Source of the DNA: Cenarchaeum sp.
Lineage (GTDB): Archaea; Thermoproteota; Nitrososphaeria; Nitrososphaerales; Nitrosopumilaceae
Direction: 5' to 3'
NCBI GenBank assembly: GCA_965206845.1
Contig: OZ242221.1
Location: 544,001-608,000, forward strand
Length of the DNA: 64,000 bases
A program made the position numbers and the translations under genes. This document shows positions 18,080-26,579 of this stretch, in pieces. The stretch's first letter is position 1, and every line of letters begins with the position of its first letter. The notes below the pieces were generated by a model. It was not told the DNA's origin, made no database searches, and saw nothing but the letters and a program-made list of their open reading frames with translations.

Positions 18080-19348
18080 TCACGCTCTGCCCGGCTTGAA
18101 GATGCTGTCCAGTGCCAGGGAGCCGTCCGCGCCGGTGTACACTCCGATCTTCTCCCACTGGCCGTCGCGCACCCCCCACACCTCATAGTCCGCACTGGCC
18201 AGATCGCCTGCCTCGTTCAGGCGTATGTCACCTGTCGTACCACCATACCTGCTTACAACGTCTGCGATGACTGCCTTCATATCCGCGGCGTTCACACTCT
18301 GCGCCTCCTGCATGGTAAGGGCCATGACCCACACCGCATCGTATGCGACGGTCAGGAACGAGGTCGGCTCCCTTCCAAGCTGCTCTGCCGTAGCGGATAC
18401 GACGCGATCGCGTGCGGCGCTCTCGTGTACGAAAGGCACGGTCGATGTCAGCCCTACCGAGCTTGAGAACCGTCCCACGACGGGATCGTCGACTATGCCC
18501 TGATCTTGTGTGAGCGCGGCGGAGCCGAACCAGTTGACGTCATCCAGTATCTCGTACGAGGATGCAAGCCGCATAAGTCCCAAGCCCTCGCCGTAGCTGG
18601 AGAGCAGTACCGCAACCCTGTCACTGCCATGCTCCTCCACCATGCCGCGCACCATATCTGCCAAGATTGGCGCGGATGCGGCAAACTCCGGGGACTTGGG
18701 GTTGTACCGTATTCCCTCCTCCACCGTACCGCCAAGCTCCGAGAAGACGTCCCTCACTGTGCCCACTACGCCCTCGCCCCACGTGTCTCCGCGGTACACC
18801 GGAATCAGGACATCTATCCCGTGGCTCTTCACGAGTCTTGCCAATACTTCAGATTCGTAAAGTTCGCTTGGGACCATGCGGTAGACGCTGTCGCCGGGCA
18901 CTGCAAGTCCCGGAGACGACGAGCAGCATGACAGGATCAGCATGTCATTTGAGCCCGCGTACTCCTTGACGCTTTCGACGTTTGCGCTGGACGCGGGCCC
19001 GACTACCGCCCGCACCCCGCCTGCATGGAGCAGTGCCGCCTTTTCAAGCGCCACGGCCGGATCGGTTGCGGTGTCCTCCGGAACCAGCCTCATGGTCCAC
19101 GGCTCTCCCTGCTCCCGGAGGTAGTCGTTGACGTCTGCCTCTGCGAGTTTTGAGAACGTCAGTATCTCCTCCCCTAGGGGGGCCAGATCACCCGTAAGCG
19201 GAAGGAGTAGACCCACCGGCACCTCGCCTGAGAGTCTGAGGCTGCCTGGCGCATCATCGTCTCCCCACCCGGTAAGCGCAAAGTATGCAACGGCTATAAC
19301 AGCAAGGGCCACCCCCACCACGATCTGCTGCTCCTTGGGCTTCATCAC
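18080..19348 (-). CDS. ABC transporter substrate-binding protein, branched-chain amino acid (Leu/Ile/Val) type
   Basis: N-terminal TM anchor, VGLLLPLTGDLA, EDTATDP, VVGPASS and AYDAVW...GDI.LNEAGDL. Confidence 0.92.
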   Translation of the reverse strand: MMKPKEQQIVVGVALAVIAVAYFALTGWGDDDAPGSLRLSGEVPVGLLLPLTGDLAPLGEEILTFSKLAEADVNDYLREQGEPWTMRLVPEDTATDPAVALEKAALLHAGGVRAVVGPASSANVESVKEYAGSNDMLILSCCSSSPGLAVPGDSVYRMVPSELYESEVLARLVKSHGIDVLIPVYRGDTWGEGVVGTVRDVFSELGGTVEEGIRYNPKSPEFAASAPILADMVRGMVEEHGSDRVAVLLSSYGEGLGLMRLASSYEILDDVNWFGSAALTQDQGIVDDPVVGRFSSSVGLTSTVPFVHESAARDRVVSATAEQLGREPTSFLTVAYDAVWVMALTMQEAQSVNAADMKAVIADVVSRYGGTTGDIRLNEAGDLASADYEVWGVRDGQWEKIGVYTGADGSLALDSIFKPGRA

Positions 19349-19442
19349 ACATACCAGTAGGAGGCACGGATAAAGATTACCGCCCTCCTACAGGGGTGTG
19401 GATCGGGCCCCGTGCCTGCCAGAGATCAAAGAGTTAATATAT

Positions 19443-19466
19443 ATCACTAGTGATATCACTAGTGAT
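19443..19466. promoter_or_regulatory. Perfect 24-bp palindrome (ATCACTAGTGAT x2), probable PadR autoregulatory operator
   Basis: Lies between the TATA-like TTAATATA (19434-19441) and the PadR ATG (19465), and overlaps the ATG. Confidence 0.7.
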
Positions 19467-20052
19467 GAGCTCTGATAGATCTTCCAGGGGTAGAAGTGCC
19501 GTTCCAAGAGGCTTCTCCAGATACTACGTTCTGGAGCTTTTAAGGAAGGAACCTCACACCGGCAAGCAGATCATAGACTGCGCGTCCGAACAGAGCCAGG
19601 GAATCTGGAAGCCGTCACCGGGACTGGTCTACCCGTTGCTGGGCAGGCTGCTGGATGAGGGCCTGATCGAGGAGATCGAAGGCGGCAGATACCAGATGAC
19701 AGAGAAGGGCATATCCACCGCAGAGGACATAGACAAGATAAACGACACGATCAAAAAGCAGATTGATGTTCTGACCAGACTGGGCAGCGCAGGTCATTTT
19801 GTGGCAATGGATGTAATAGAGAGGATGATATCCATGGGAGTGGTTTTGAGCGCAAACGTGAAGAATATGAAACAGCGTGAGACCGCCCGGTACAAGAGTT
19901 TTCTCGAGTCGGAGCTGAAGGCCCTGAATGAGAAGAGTGCCGAGAATGGGGAGGATGCCCCGCCTGAGAAGGATAGTACCGTTGGGGATGGGGAGGATGC
20001 CCCGCCTGAGAAGGACAATACGGCCGGCGGACGGGAAGTCAGGGTGGAGTAA
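19465..20052 (+). CDS. PadR-family transcriptional regulator with a duplicated acidic tail
   Basis: Motif WKPSPGLVYPLLGRLLDEGLI...YQMTEKG. The C-terminus carries GEDAPPEKD twice (42-bp period). Confidence 0.92.
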   Translation: MSSDRSSRGRSAVPRGFSRYYVLELLRKEPHTGKQIIDCASEQSQGIWKPSPGLVYPLLGRLLDEGLIEEIEGGRYQMTEKGISTAEDIDKINDTIKKQIDVLTRLGSAGHFVAMDVIERMISMGVVLSANVKNMKQRETARYKSFLESELKALNEKSAENGEDAPPEKDSTVGDGEDAPPEKDNTAGGREVRVE

Positions 20053-20072
20053 CACCATTTAGTGCTTGAGAC

Positions 20073-20333
20073 ATGATCGACCCCAAGGACGCGGCCCGGA
20101 TCATGGATACGCTGGCAAAGAACCTGGCCGGCGTGTCACGGGACGGCAAGAACTTTGAGAAGCTTCCGGATACTTTCTGGGGGTATTTTGCCCGGGGCCA
20201 CGACTCCAAGGGAAAGTTCGGGGTGATTGTGACCTACTCTGAGACCGGCTCTGACGTGGACGATCTCATCAGGATGTATGAAGAGTGGGTCTCAAAGAAC
20301 CTGCACGGGGAAGGGAGCCGTCCCGGCGCATGA
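20073..20333 (+). CDS. Hypothetical protein
   Basis: 86-aa ORF directly downstream of PadR with gene-like codon usage. Confidence 0.7.
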   Translation: MIDPKDAARIMDTLAKNLAGVSRDGKNFEKLPDTFWGYFARGHDSKGKFGVIVTYSETGSDVDDLIRMYEEWVSKNLHGEGSRPGA

Positions 20334-20474
20334 CATCGACATGCCGCATCCTAGGCAGCCGGTGCCCGTGCCTGCCGTGAGCGCCTCTTACTGAACCGGC
20401 AGCCGAACCGGGCTGTTGCGGAACCGGCGGGCCTTAATCCATAACTTTTTATGGTTTTTTAGTTATGTGACCTC

Positions 20475-20645
20475 ATGAGCAACAAACCCGGAACGGTCTA
20501 TGACCGCATAGCGGAGCTTGAGCAGGATGTGGCCACCCTCAAAAAGGAGATGAAGATAATCAAGTCCGTGTTCCGTGCCAAGATAGCTAGGTATGAAGTC
20601 AGCGCTATCAGGGAAGGCAAAGAGATCTCATCTATTATCGACTAG
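20475..20645 (+). CDS. Small 56-aa coiled-coil hypothetical protein (below the ORF-track cutoff)
   Basis: Sequence MSNKPGTVYDRIAELEQDVATLKKEMKIIKSVFRAKIARYEVSAIREGKEISSIID. TTTTTAT lies ~25-30 nt upstream. Confidence 0.75.
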   Translation: MSNKPGTVYDRIAELEQDVATLKKEMKIIKSVFRAKIARYEVSAIREGKEISSIID

Positions 20646-21437
20646 ACCCCTTTGGTCATGTATCATCTTCAGAACATAGTCTGCGTCCGGGGCGCTCGGG
20701 CTCATCTCAAGGTATTCCGTGAGGCGCTCTAGCGCCGTGTCGTGCCTGCCCAGGTGTGCCTCCAGAATCCCCATGTCTCGGACATCCTCTGCCGAGTCTG
20801 GCTCCAGCGCCAGAACCAGGCTGGAGCACACCATTGCCTTGTCGTATGCAAAGGACTGCAGGTACGCGTTCTTCAGGTTTCTTGCCATTCTGGCCAGAAC
20901 CTGCCCGTGGCTGATCTCGTTGAGAAATTCAGGTACTAGTGTGAGCTGGTCGCCAAAGCTTGCATCAAGCAGATCCTGGAGGTCGTCTGCGTCCATAATT
21001 GAACCGCGATTGTAAGGGTCAATGACGTACTCGGTGCCGTGCCTCGCCAGCACATGACCCGGAAATCCCACAATCGCCAAGTCAAGGCCGATGTACCTGG
21101 CCAGATCCGCATATATGACTGACAGAGAGATGGGGATTCCCCTCTTTGTGTCAATCACCTGATCCAGCAGGCTGTTGGCCGGCGCGTGGTAGTCGATCTC
21201 GTTGCCGCCAAACCCCAGAACATCGAACATGTACTCGCCAAGCGCAGATATCAGGTATGCGTCTGACTTGTCCTTGGATACCCTATCTGACAGGGATCTG
21301 CCCATCTGATCCAGCGTCGCAAGGTACGGGCCCGCGTCTAGGTTTGTCTGTCCCACAAGTCTTGAGAGGGCAAGGCACTTTCCGGCAAGGGTCTGCCCCT
21401 CGTCTCTGACAAGTGACATCCATTCTGCGTATTCCAA
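20628..21437 (-). CDS. SirB1/YchA-like protein (transglutaminase-like core plus TPR)
   Basis: Motifs: GFGGN..DY..PANSLLDQVIDTKRGIPISLS, GFPGH and IDPY. C-terminal TPR. Confidence 0.9.
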   Translation of the reverse strand: MEYAEWMSLVRDEGQTLAGKCLALSRLVGQTNLDAGPYLATLDQMGRSLSDRVSKDKSDAYLISALGEYMFDVLGFGGNEIDYHAPANSLLDQVIDTKRGIPISLSVIYADLARYIGLDLAIVGFPGHVLARHGTEYVIDPYNRGSIMDADDLQDLLDASFGDQLTLVPEFLNEISHGQVLARMARNLKNAYLQSFAYDKAMVCSSLVLALEPDSAEDVRDMGILEAHLGRHDTALERLTEYLEMSPSAPDADYVLKMIHDQRGLVDNR

Positions 21438-21439
21438 GA

Positions 21440-22627
21440 CTATGCCAGAACCCTCTTGGTGTACGCCTCGGGATCCCTGAGCTCCCTGGTGGTGGGCGGC
21501 TGCGCGTCCAGGGTCTCAAAGGGCACGCTGTCTGATACTGCCGCCGTAAAGTCCCGCCCGATGTTCTTTCTGACGCGGTAGGACGATGGGTCGGTGCCCA
21601 TGAATGTGGACAGGTAGTTCTCAAAGTCAGCATCACCGTCCAGTATGCTCTGGACCGCAAACTCTGCCATTCCCTCCATTACTGTAAAGGCCGCGTGGTG
21701 CGCCTGCATGGGTCCCAGCCATCTCTGGTACACATCCAGGAGGTGCGGAGCCATGAGCGATATCTTTGGGTCGATTCTGACGCCGGTGTAGGTCATGATG
21801 TCAGGGCCCAGCTGCTGCGCCAGAAAAAAGTTTGGATCCAGAAAGAAGAACAGATTTGCCTTCTTTGCCAACGGAAAGTCATCGGGCACGGTCTGAAGCT
21901 GCATGTACTCGTACAGATCTGATGCAGATCCCGCTTCCAGATCCAGGATCATCCTGGCACAGTCCTCGTTTATCGAGTTGACATCCATGACCGCACGCAT
22001 GTTTGTAGCCTGCAGGTTCCTCTGGACGCTGTGGACGATCTCCTCCAGTATGGTCATTTTGAGCGCCCCCCTGTACCCGGATCTCACCGACTCTGCTCTC
22101 GCCTGGAAGGGCTGCCCGTGCCTGTAGAGTATGATCTTGGGATAGCTGTCAAGGACAAACCTGTTGAGGTGGATGACGTCGTCCAGTATGTCCCCATATG
22201 TGGTGGAGATCTGTGAGAGGTAGTTCTTGGCGTATGTGGAGTATACCAGGTACCTCGCCGTGTCTGCGGTAACGAGGCCTGCAATTTTGTCCTTATCCTG
22301 CATGGCCACTGCCAAGAACAGGTCGTCCACGTATCCCCTTGCCGCGTCGTCGGCGAAGACCTTACGGCCCTTGAGCCTCTTAAAGTCCAGAAGGTTGGTA
22401 AAATCCAGCCTCAGCGAGTCTGGCACCGGCATGCCAGTGAACTCCTCGACCAGTCCCCGGTACTCGGTGAACACCTTGTCCGCCATATCCTCCAGAGATT
22501 CAAACTCCACCGCAAAGGATCCGTCCTCGTTGATCCTTGAGACGAGTTCCGCAATCTCCTTCTCCTCGTTGATCTCCACAGATATCTGATCCAACAGGGC
22601 CTCGGCGAACTCGTCAGATTCTGGCAA
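21440..22627 (-). CDS. Conserved hypothetical protein, zincin (DUF2342-like) with an EExxH motif
   Basis: ILEEIVHSVQ plus a downstream TVMEGMAEF third-ligand-like helix. Confidence 0.65.
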   Translation of the reverse strand: MPESDEFAEALLDQISVEINEEKEIAELVSRINEDGSFAVEFESLEDMADKVFTEYRGLVEEFTGMPVPDSLRLDFTNLLDFKRLKGRKVFADDAARGYVDDLFLAVAMQDKDKIAGLVTADTARYLVYSTYAKNYLSQISTTYGDILDDVIHLNRFVLDSYPKIILYRHGQPFQARAESVRSGYRGALKMTILEEIVHSVQRNLQATNMRAVMDVNSINEDCARMILDLEAGSASDLYEYMQLQTVPDDFPLAKKANLFFFLDPNFFLAQQLGPDIMTYTGVRIDPKISLMAPHLLDVYQRWLGPMQAHHAAFTVMEGMAEFAVQSILDGDADFENYLSTFMGTDPSSYRVRKNIGRDFTAAVSDSVPFETLDAQPPTTRELRDPEAYTKRVLA

Positions 22628-22705
22628 TATGGTAGGACTGTGCCGGGACTAAATTTATGGCTATCTAGAAACTGGTATTAGGCGGGCAGGCGTAGGCGGT
22701 GTATC

Positions 22706-23581
22706 TTGCACGAGTTTTGTGTAGAGTACCTAAGGTGCGTCCGGTGCCGTGGTAGGCTGGAGCTGGAGGCACTGGTCGAGGGCCCCGACATCACGGAGGG
22801 GTTCTTGCACTGTTACCGGTGCCACCTTGACTTTCCCGTAGTGGACGGGATTCCGATCCTGTGGGACGACTTTGCCGGGTACGTCCGGTGCCGCGCGTCC
22901 CTTGGGGGCCAGATGTATCTGAAGTGCGGTCACCGCAGGGTGTGGGAGTACGTCAGGAGCTGCCTGTCGGTTGCAGAGCCCACAGCAGAGGACATATCAA
23001 GGCAGGAGTTGAGGTGGGCCCGCATATACCAGAACAGCTCCCGATCCAGATTCTACACCGAGATAAGGAGAAGGCTGGACATGCTTGAGTACGACACCTT
23101 TCTGGAGCATGGCTGCTCCATAGGTCTGGTCTCAGGGCATGCCGCTGAGCGTGCCATCACGGGCTTTGGCATCGACCGGTCGTTTCACGCGGTGCGGCAT
23201 GCCAGAAGGTCGTCTGGACATGGACATGACTACCTTATCGCCGACTCACTGGAGCACCCCTTCGGGGAGCAGAGGTTTGACCTGGTGATGGCGCTGAACC
23301 TGCTGGAGATTGTGGATCCTGCGGAACTGCTGCGGGTGATGACTCCACAGACGGGGCGCCTGATGATGGTATCTGACCCATACGACTACGAGAGGGCCGA
23401 CAGGAGCGTAAAGGGGGCGGTAAACGGGGCGCAGTTCCGGGACATGATACGCAGATCCGGATTCTCGCCGGTGTCCGGAACGTCACAGGCAGGATACATC
23501 CCTTGGAGTCTTGCCATAAACGACCGCGCCCGGCTGAACTACAGGGTAGACCTAGTAATAGCGGAGAGGCGGCACGGATGA
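22706..23581 (+). CDS. Trm112-like domain fused to a class I SAM methyltransferase
   Basis: N-terminal LRCVRC...EGFLHCYRC...FPVVDGIPIL. MTase motifs EHGCSIG, GIDRS and FDLVMALNLLE. Confidence 0.85.
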   Translation: MHEFCVEYLRCVRCRGRLELEALVEGPDITEGFLHCYRCHLDFPVVDGIPILWDDFAGYVRCRASLGGQMYLKCGHRRVWEYVRSCLSVAEPTAEDISRQELRWARIYQNSSRSRFYTEIRRRLDMLEYDTFLEHGCSIGLVSGHAAERAITGFGIDRSFHAVRHARRSSGHGHDYLIADSLEHPFGEQRFDLVMALNLLEIVDPAELLRVMTPQTGRLMMVSDPYDYERADRSVKGAVNGAQFRDMIRRSGFSPVSGTSQAGYIPWSLAINDRARLNYRVDLVIAERRHG

Positions 23582-23623
23582 GATTGGAACCGCCACGATC
23601 CATTCACATATGTTAGGATATGA

Positions 23624-23720
23624 TGCCGGAGGTGGGTTTCGAACCCACGACCTCCAGATTATGAGTGTTGCCTGTTTTTTGGAGAAGCTGGCACTCTAGG
23701 CCAGGCTGAGCTACTCCGGC
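23624..23720 (-). tRNA. Elongator tRNA-Met(CAT) with a 21-nt intron at non-canonical position 30/31 (23667-23687)
   Basis: Acceptor GCCGGAG/CTCCGGC. The anticodon arm CCAGA-CTCATAA-TCTGG forms only after removing CTTCTCCAAAAAACAGGCAAC. A BHB-like motif has a TGCC/GGCA central helix. Confidence 0.88.
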
Positions 23721-23778
23721 ACTGTATCACATCCGGAATATCTCAAATTAAATGATTCTAAAGGCTTCACAGCATTTG

Positions 23779-25497
23779 CTAGTACTTTCTTGAGATGCTC
23801 TCCCAGCTGCCCCTCTCGTCGTTCACCCACAGGAACTTTTTTTGCAGCGCCGCCGTGTACGTCTTCTCCCGCAGGGACTTTTTCCGCAACGGCGTGCCAG
23901 TCTCCTCCCGCGGGGCATCCACCTTGTCGGCCCAGAACTTGAGTATTCTGGGATCGATGTAGTTTCGCAGGGATGTCCCCAGGTTGTAGTCCCTAGTCTC
24001 CTTGGCAAGTTCTATCTGAAGCTCGGCTTTCTTGATCTTTTCCTGTTGCGCCTCCTTCTTCCTTTGCACCGTTGCACGGAGTCTTTTGATGCGCTTGCGC
24101 CTTGCGGCTTTTTGCTTGTCCGTCTTGGGCTCAGATGCCTTAACATCCCTTAGGGTCTTCTGGTCCTTGGTCCAAGGCCTCTTACCCTTTAGTTCGGCCA
24201 GTTTGTAGCGCTTCTTCTGCAGTGACTGATCAAAGTTCTTTGGGATGGTTCTCTTGTGGTTGCACTTTTTTGCGGCCTCGAGGTTTGCCATCTTTACGTG
24301 ATGGAGTTTTTCATAGTCCGGGCTTGATCTTGCCTTGGTGTGCTTCTTGAGGTACTCGTTGACCACGGTGGATGCCAGGTATGTCCTGAACACCTTGGCA
24401 GTGAGGCCCTTGACGATGCCTGAAAAGTACTTGTTCACATGCCTTGAGGTGATGTCGTGGAAGATCTCATCCTTGGGCTTCTTGTCTGCCACCAGCAGTG
24501 CCAGGTTGTCCCGGAACTGCACGTCGTGGTCCACGGCAGGCACGGTCTTCTGCCACCGGACGCTGTCCTTCCCAAGAAAGTCAAACTTGATCGCATTCTG
24601 GGATATCCGGATGTGCTCCTTTCTCAGCGTGGTGGCGCCAACGGTGTCCGCCTCGTCAGATTCCTTCTCGTCACCCACCCTCATGGCGGTCCGGTATATC
24701 AGGTAGCATGCAGTCGCAATCCGGGCCTTCTTCTCATCGCCTCCCTTCATGTCGTGCACCATGCGCTCCTTGATCCTGTCTATCTCCTTTGAGAGATCGA
24801 TTGCCTTGTCGTACTTGCCCTTGTCCCTGTCCTGCTTGACCTTTGCGGTGTCTGCCAGCCAGACGTACTTTGCCTTCTTCGTCAGATCGTCCATCCAGCT
24901 GGCAAGCCATGTCGCGTCGCGGCGGTGGACTATCTCCTTCCAGTCCCCGGCGGGAACCGGAGCCTTTCTTCCCAGGTTAAGCGTCACGTCTGCTGGCGTC
25001 ACCCTGCGCTTCCATCTGCCCCTCAGCGGGTGCGCGCCGCGGCCGATGAATATTCCCGGGGGCTCTGCCATGTAGTTTCCCACCTCGACTGCCTGGCCGT
25101 CCATTACGGCCGTGCCGTACTCTGCCTTCATCCCCTCCCGGATCTCCTTTCTCTGCGCCGCCTGCTCCTTTCTCTTCTCCTTGGTCATCATGTCCCTTTT
25201 GTCCTTCTCCTGGTCCACCAGCCTGTAGGCGTCGGTAAAGTCGATCTCATCGTACCTGACGCCGTCAAGCTTTGGGTTCAGCGTCCGTGCAAAGTCTGCG
25301 GTAAAGTTGCTCTGAAACGTGAGATCCCGGGCATACGGCGTGTCCTTCTTCTTTGCCCACTGGTAGACCATCTCCTCCTGCAGTATGTCCAGATCAACCG
25401 GTTTGCCCCTTATCGCTATCTTTATCCCCTTTGACTCATAGGGCGGCGAGAAGAGTATCCCGTTGTGCTCAAGTGTCTTCCATTTCGTGCCCGGCAT
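23779..25497 (-). CDS. top1: Eukaryote-like DNA topoisomerase IB
   Basis: KWKTLEHNG, EPPGIFIGRG.HP.RG, and the catalytic residues in MRVG, FLGKDSV, KVFRTY, CNHKR and SLRNYIDPR. Confidence 0.97.
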   Translation of the reverse strand: MPGTKWKTLEHNGILFSPPYESKGIKIAIRGKPVDLDILQEEMVYQWAKKKDTPYARDLTFQSNFTADFARTLNPKLDGVRYDEIDFTDAYRLVDQEKDKRDMMTKEKRKEQAAQRKEIREGMKAEYGTAVMDGQAVEVGNYMAEPPGIFIGRGAHPLRGRWKRRVTPADVTLNLGRKAPVPAGDWKEIVHRRDATWLASWMDDLTKKAKYVWLADTAKVKQDRDKGKYDKAIDLSKEIDRIKERMVHDMKGGDEKKARIATACYLIYRTAMRVGDEKESDEADTVGATTLRKEHIRISQNAIKFDFLGKDSVRWQKTVPAVDHDVQFRDNLALLVADKKPKDEIFHDITSRHVNKYFSGIVKGLTAKVFRTYLASTVVNEYLKKHTKARSSPDYEKLHHVKMANLEAAKKCNHKRTIPKNFDQSLQKKRYKLAELKGKRPWTKDQKTLRDVKASEPKTDKQKAARRKRIKRLRATVQRKKEAQQEKIKKAELQIELAKETRDYNLGTSLRNYIDPRILKFWADKVDAPREETGTPLRKKSLREKTYTAALQKKFLWVNDERGSWESISRKY

Positions 25498-25583
25498 CGA
25501 ACTCTTCAGCTGTGCCCTGAACACGATATATCAATATTTAACGGACACTCTTACGGATTCGGGCGGCCGTGCTGTGTGAGTGC

Positions 25584-26414
25584 CTACGAAGGGTTGAGCT
25601 CCTTCTTCAGGTAGTTCTCAAACTCCACGTCCGTCTTTGCCCTCCTGGCCTCCAGAAACATGGCCGCGTCGTTTCCCACCGTGTACCTCGGGGGCGGATT
25701 CTTGTCCCTGATGGCCCGCACGATGGTGCCTGCCACATCAGACGGCGGCGTTCCCAGCTCCGACATCATCTTTATGCCCGAGATCACGTTCTCGGTGATG
25801 CCCCTGTACGGCGAGTCTGGCCCGGGAGTTGCCACCCTCATGGCGTTAAAGAAGTTGGTCTTGATCACCCCGGGCTCGATTATTATCACCTTTATGCCAA
25901 AGCTGTCCAGCTCGTACCGCAGGCTCTCGCTGAGCCCCTCCAGAGCGAACTTTGAGCTGATATACGCAGGAGTGCCTGGAAAGCCTATGCGGCCGGCAAC
26001 TGAGCTCACGTTCACTATGTGGCCACCGCCGTTTCTCCTCATTACGGGAGCCGCCTTCTGGATCATCCTGATGACGCCAAAGAAGTTGGTCTCAAACTGC
26101 TCCCTGAACTCCTTCACGGTGAGATCCTCCACGGTGCCGAAGATCACGTAGCCTGCATTGTTTACCAGCACGTCCACCCTGTCCTTCTCCGAGACGATCC
26201 TGTCCATGGCAGAGTCAATGGAGCTTGCGCTGTCCACATCCAGCTCCACTACCGATATGTTCAGGTTCTCCTCCTTGGCCGCATCAAGTATCTTGTCACC
26301 CCGGGATGCGTTCCTCATGGTGGCGTAGGTAAAGTACCCCTCCCTTGCCAGCGCCAGTGCCGTCTCGTAACCGATGCCGCTAGAGCAGCCTGTGACCACT
26401 GCCACCTTGTCCAT
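25584..26414 (-). CDS. SDR-family oxidoreductase
   Basis: Motifs: TGCSSGIG, NNAG and YxxxK (YISSK). Confidence 0.95.
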   Translation of the reverse strand: MDKVAVVTGCSSGIGYETALALAREGYFTYATMRNASRGDKILDAAKEENLNISVVELDVDSASSIDSAMDRIVSEKDRVDVLVNNAGYVIFGTVEDLTVKEFREQFETNFFGVIRMIQKAAPVMRRNGGGHIVNVSSVAGRIGFPGTPAYISSKFALEGLSESLRYELDSFGIKVIIIEPGVIKTNFFNAMRVATPGPDSPYRGITENVISGIKMMSELGTPPSDVAGTIVRAIRDKNPPPRYTVGNDAAMFLEARRAKTDVEFENYLKKELNPS

Positions 26415-26579
26415 GATCTACGGCACCCCCAGCGCTATTTATGTTGGTGGCAGTGGACCCGAGAAACTGTCAGAAGTGTTCTGGGCGACCCAACCTTGTA
26501 CTGGACCCGCCCGGCCGGCACCCGCGCAGCAGATGTCCGGATGCCTGATGTCTTGAACTTCTGGCATCAGCAACCGGGG

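Noticed and set aside
23779-25497. Topoisomerase IB and unsplit RpoA as novelties
   Set aside because: Both are established Thaumarchaeota hallmarks.
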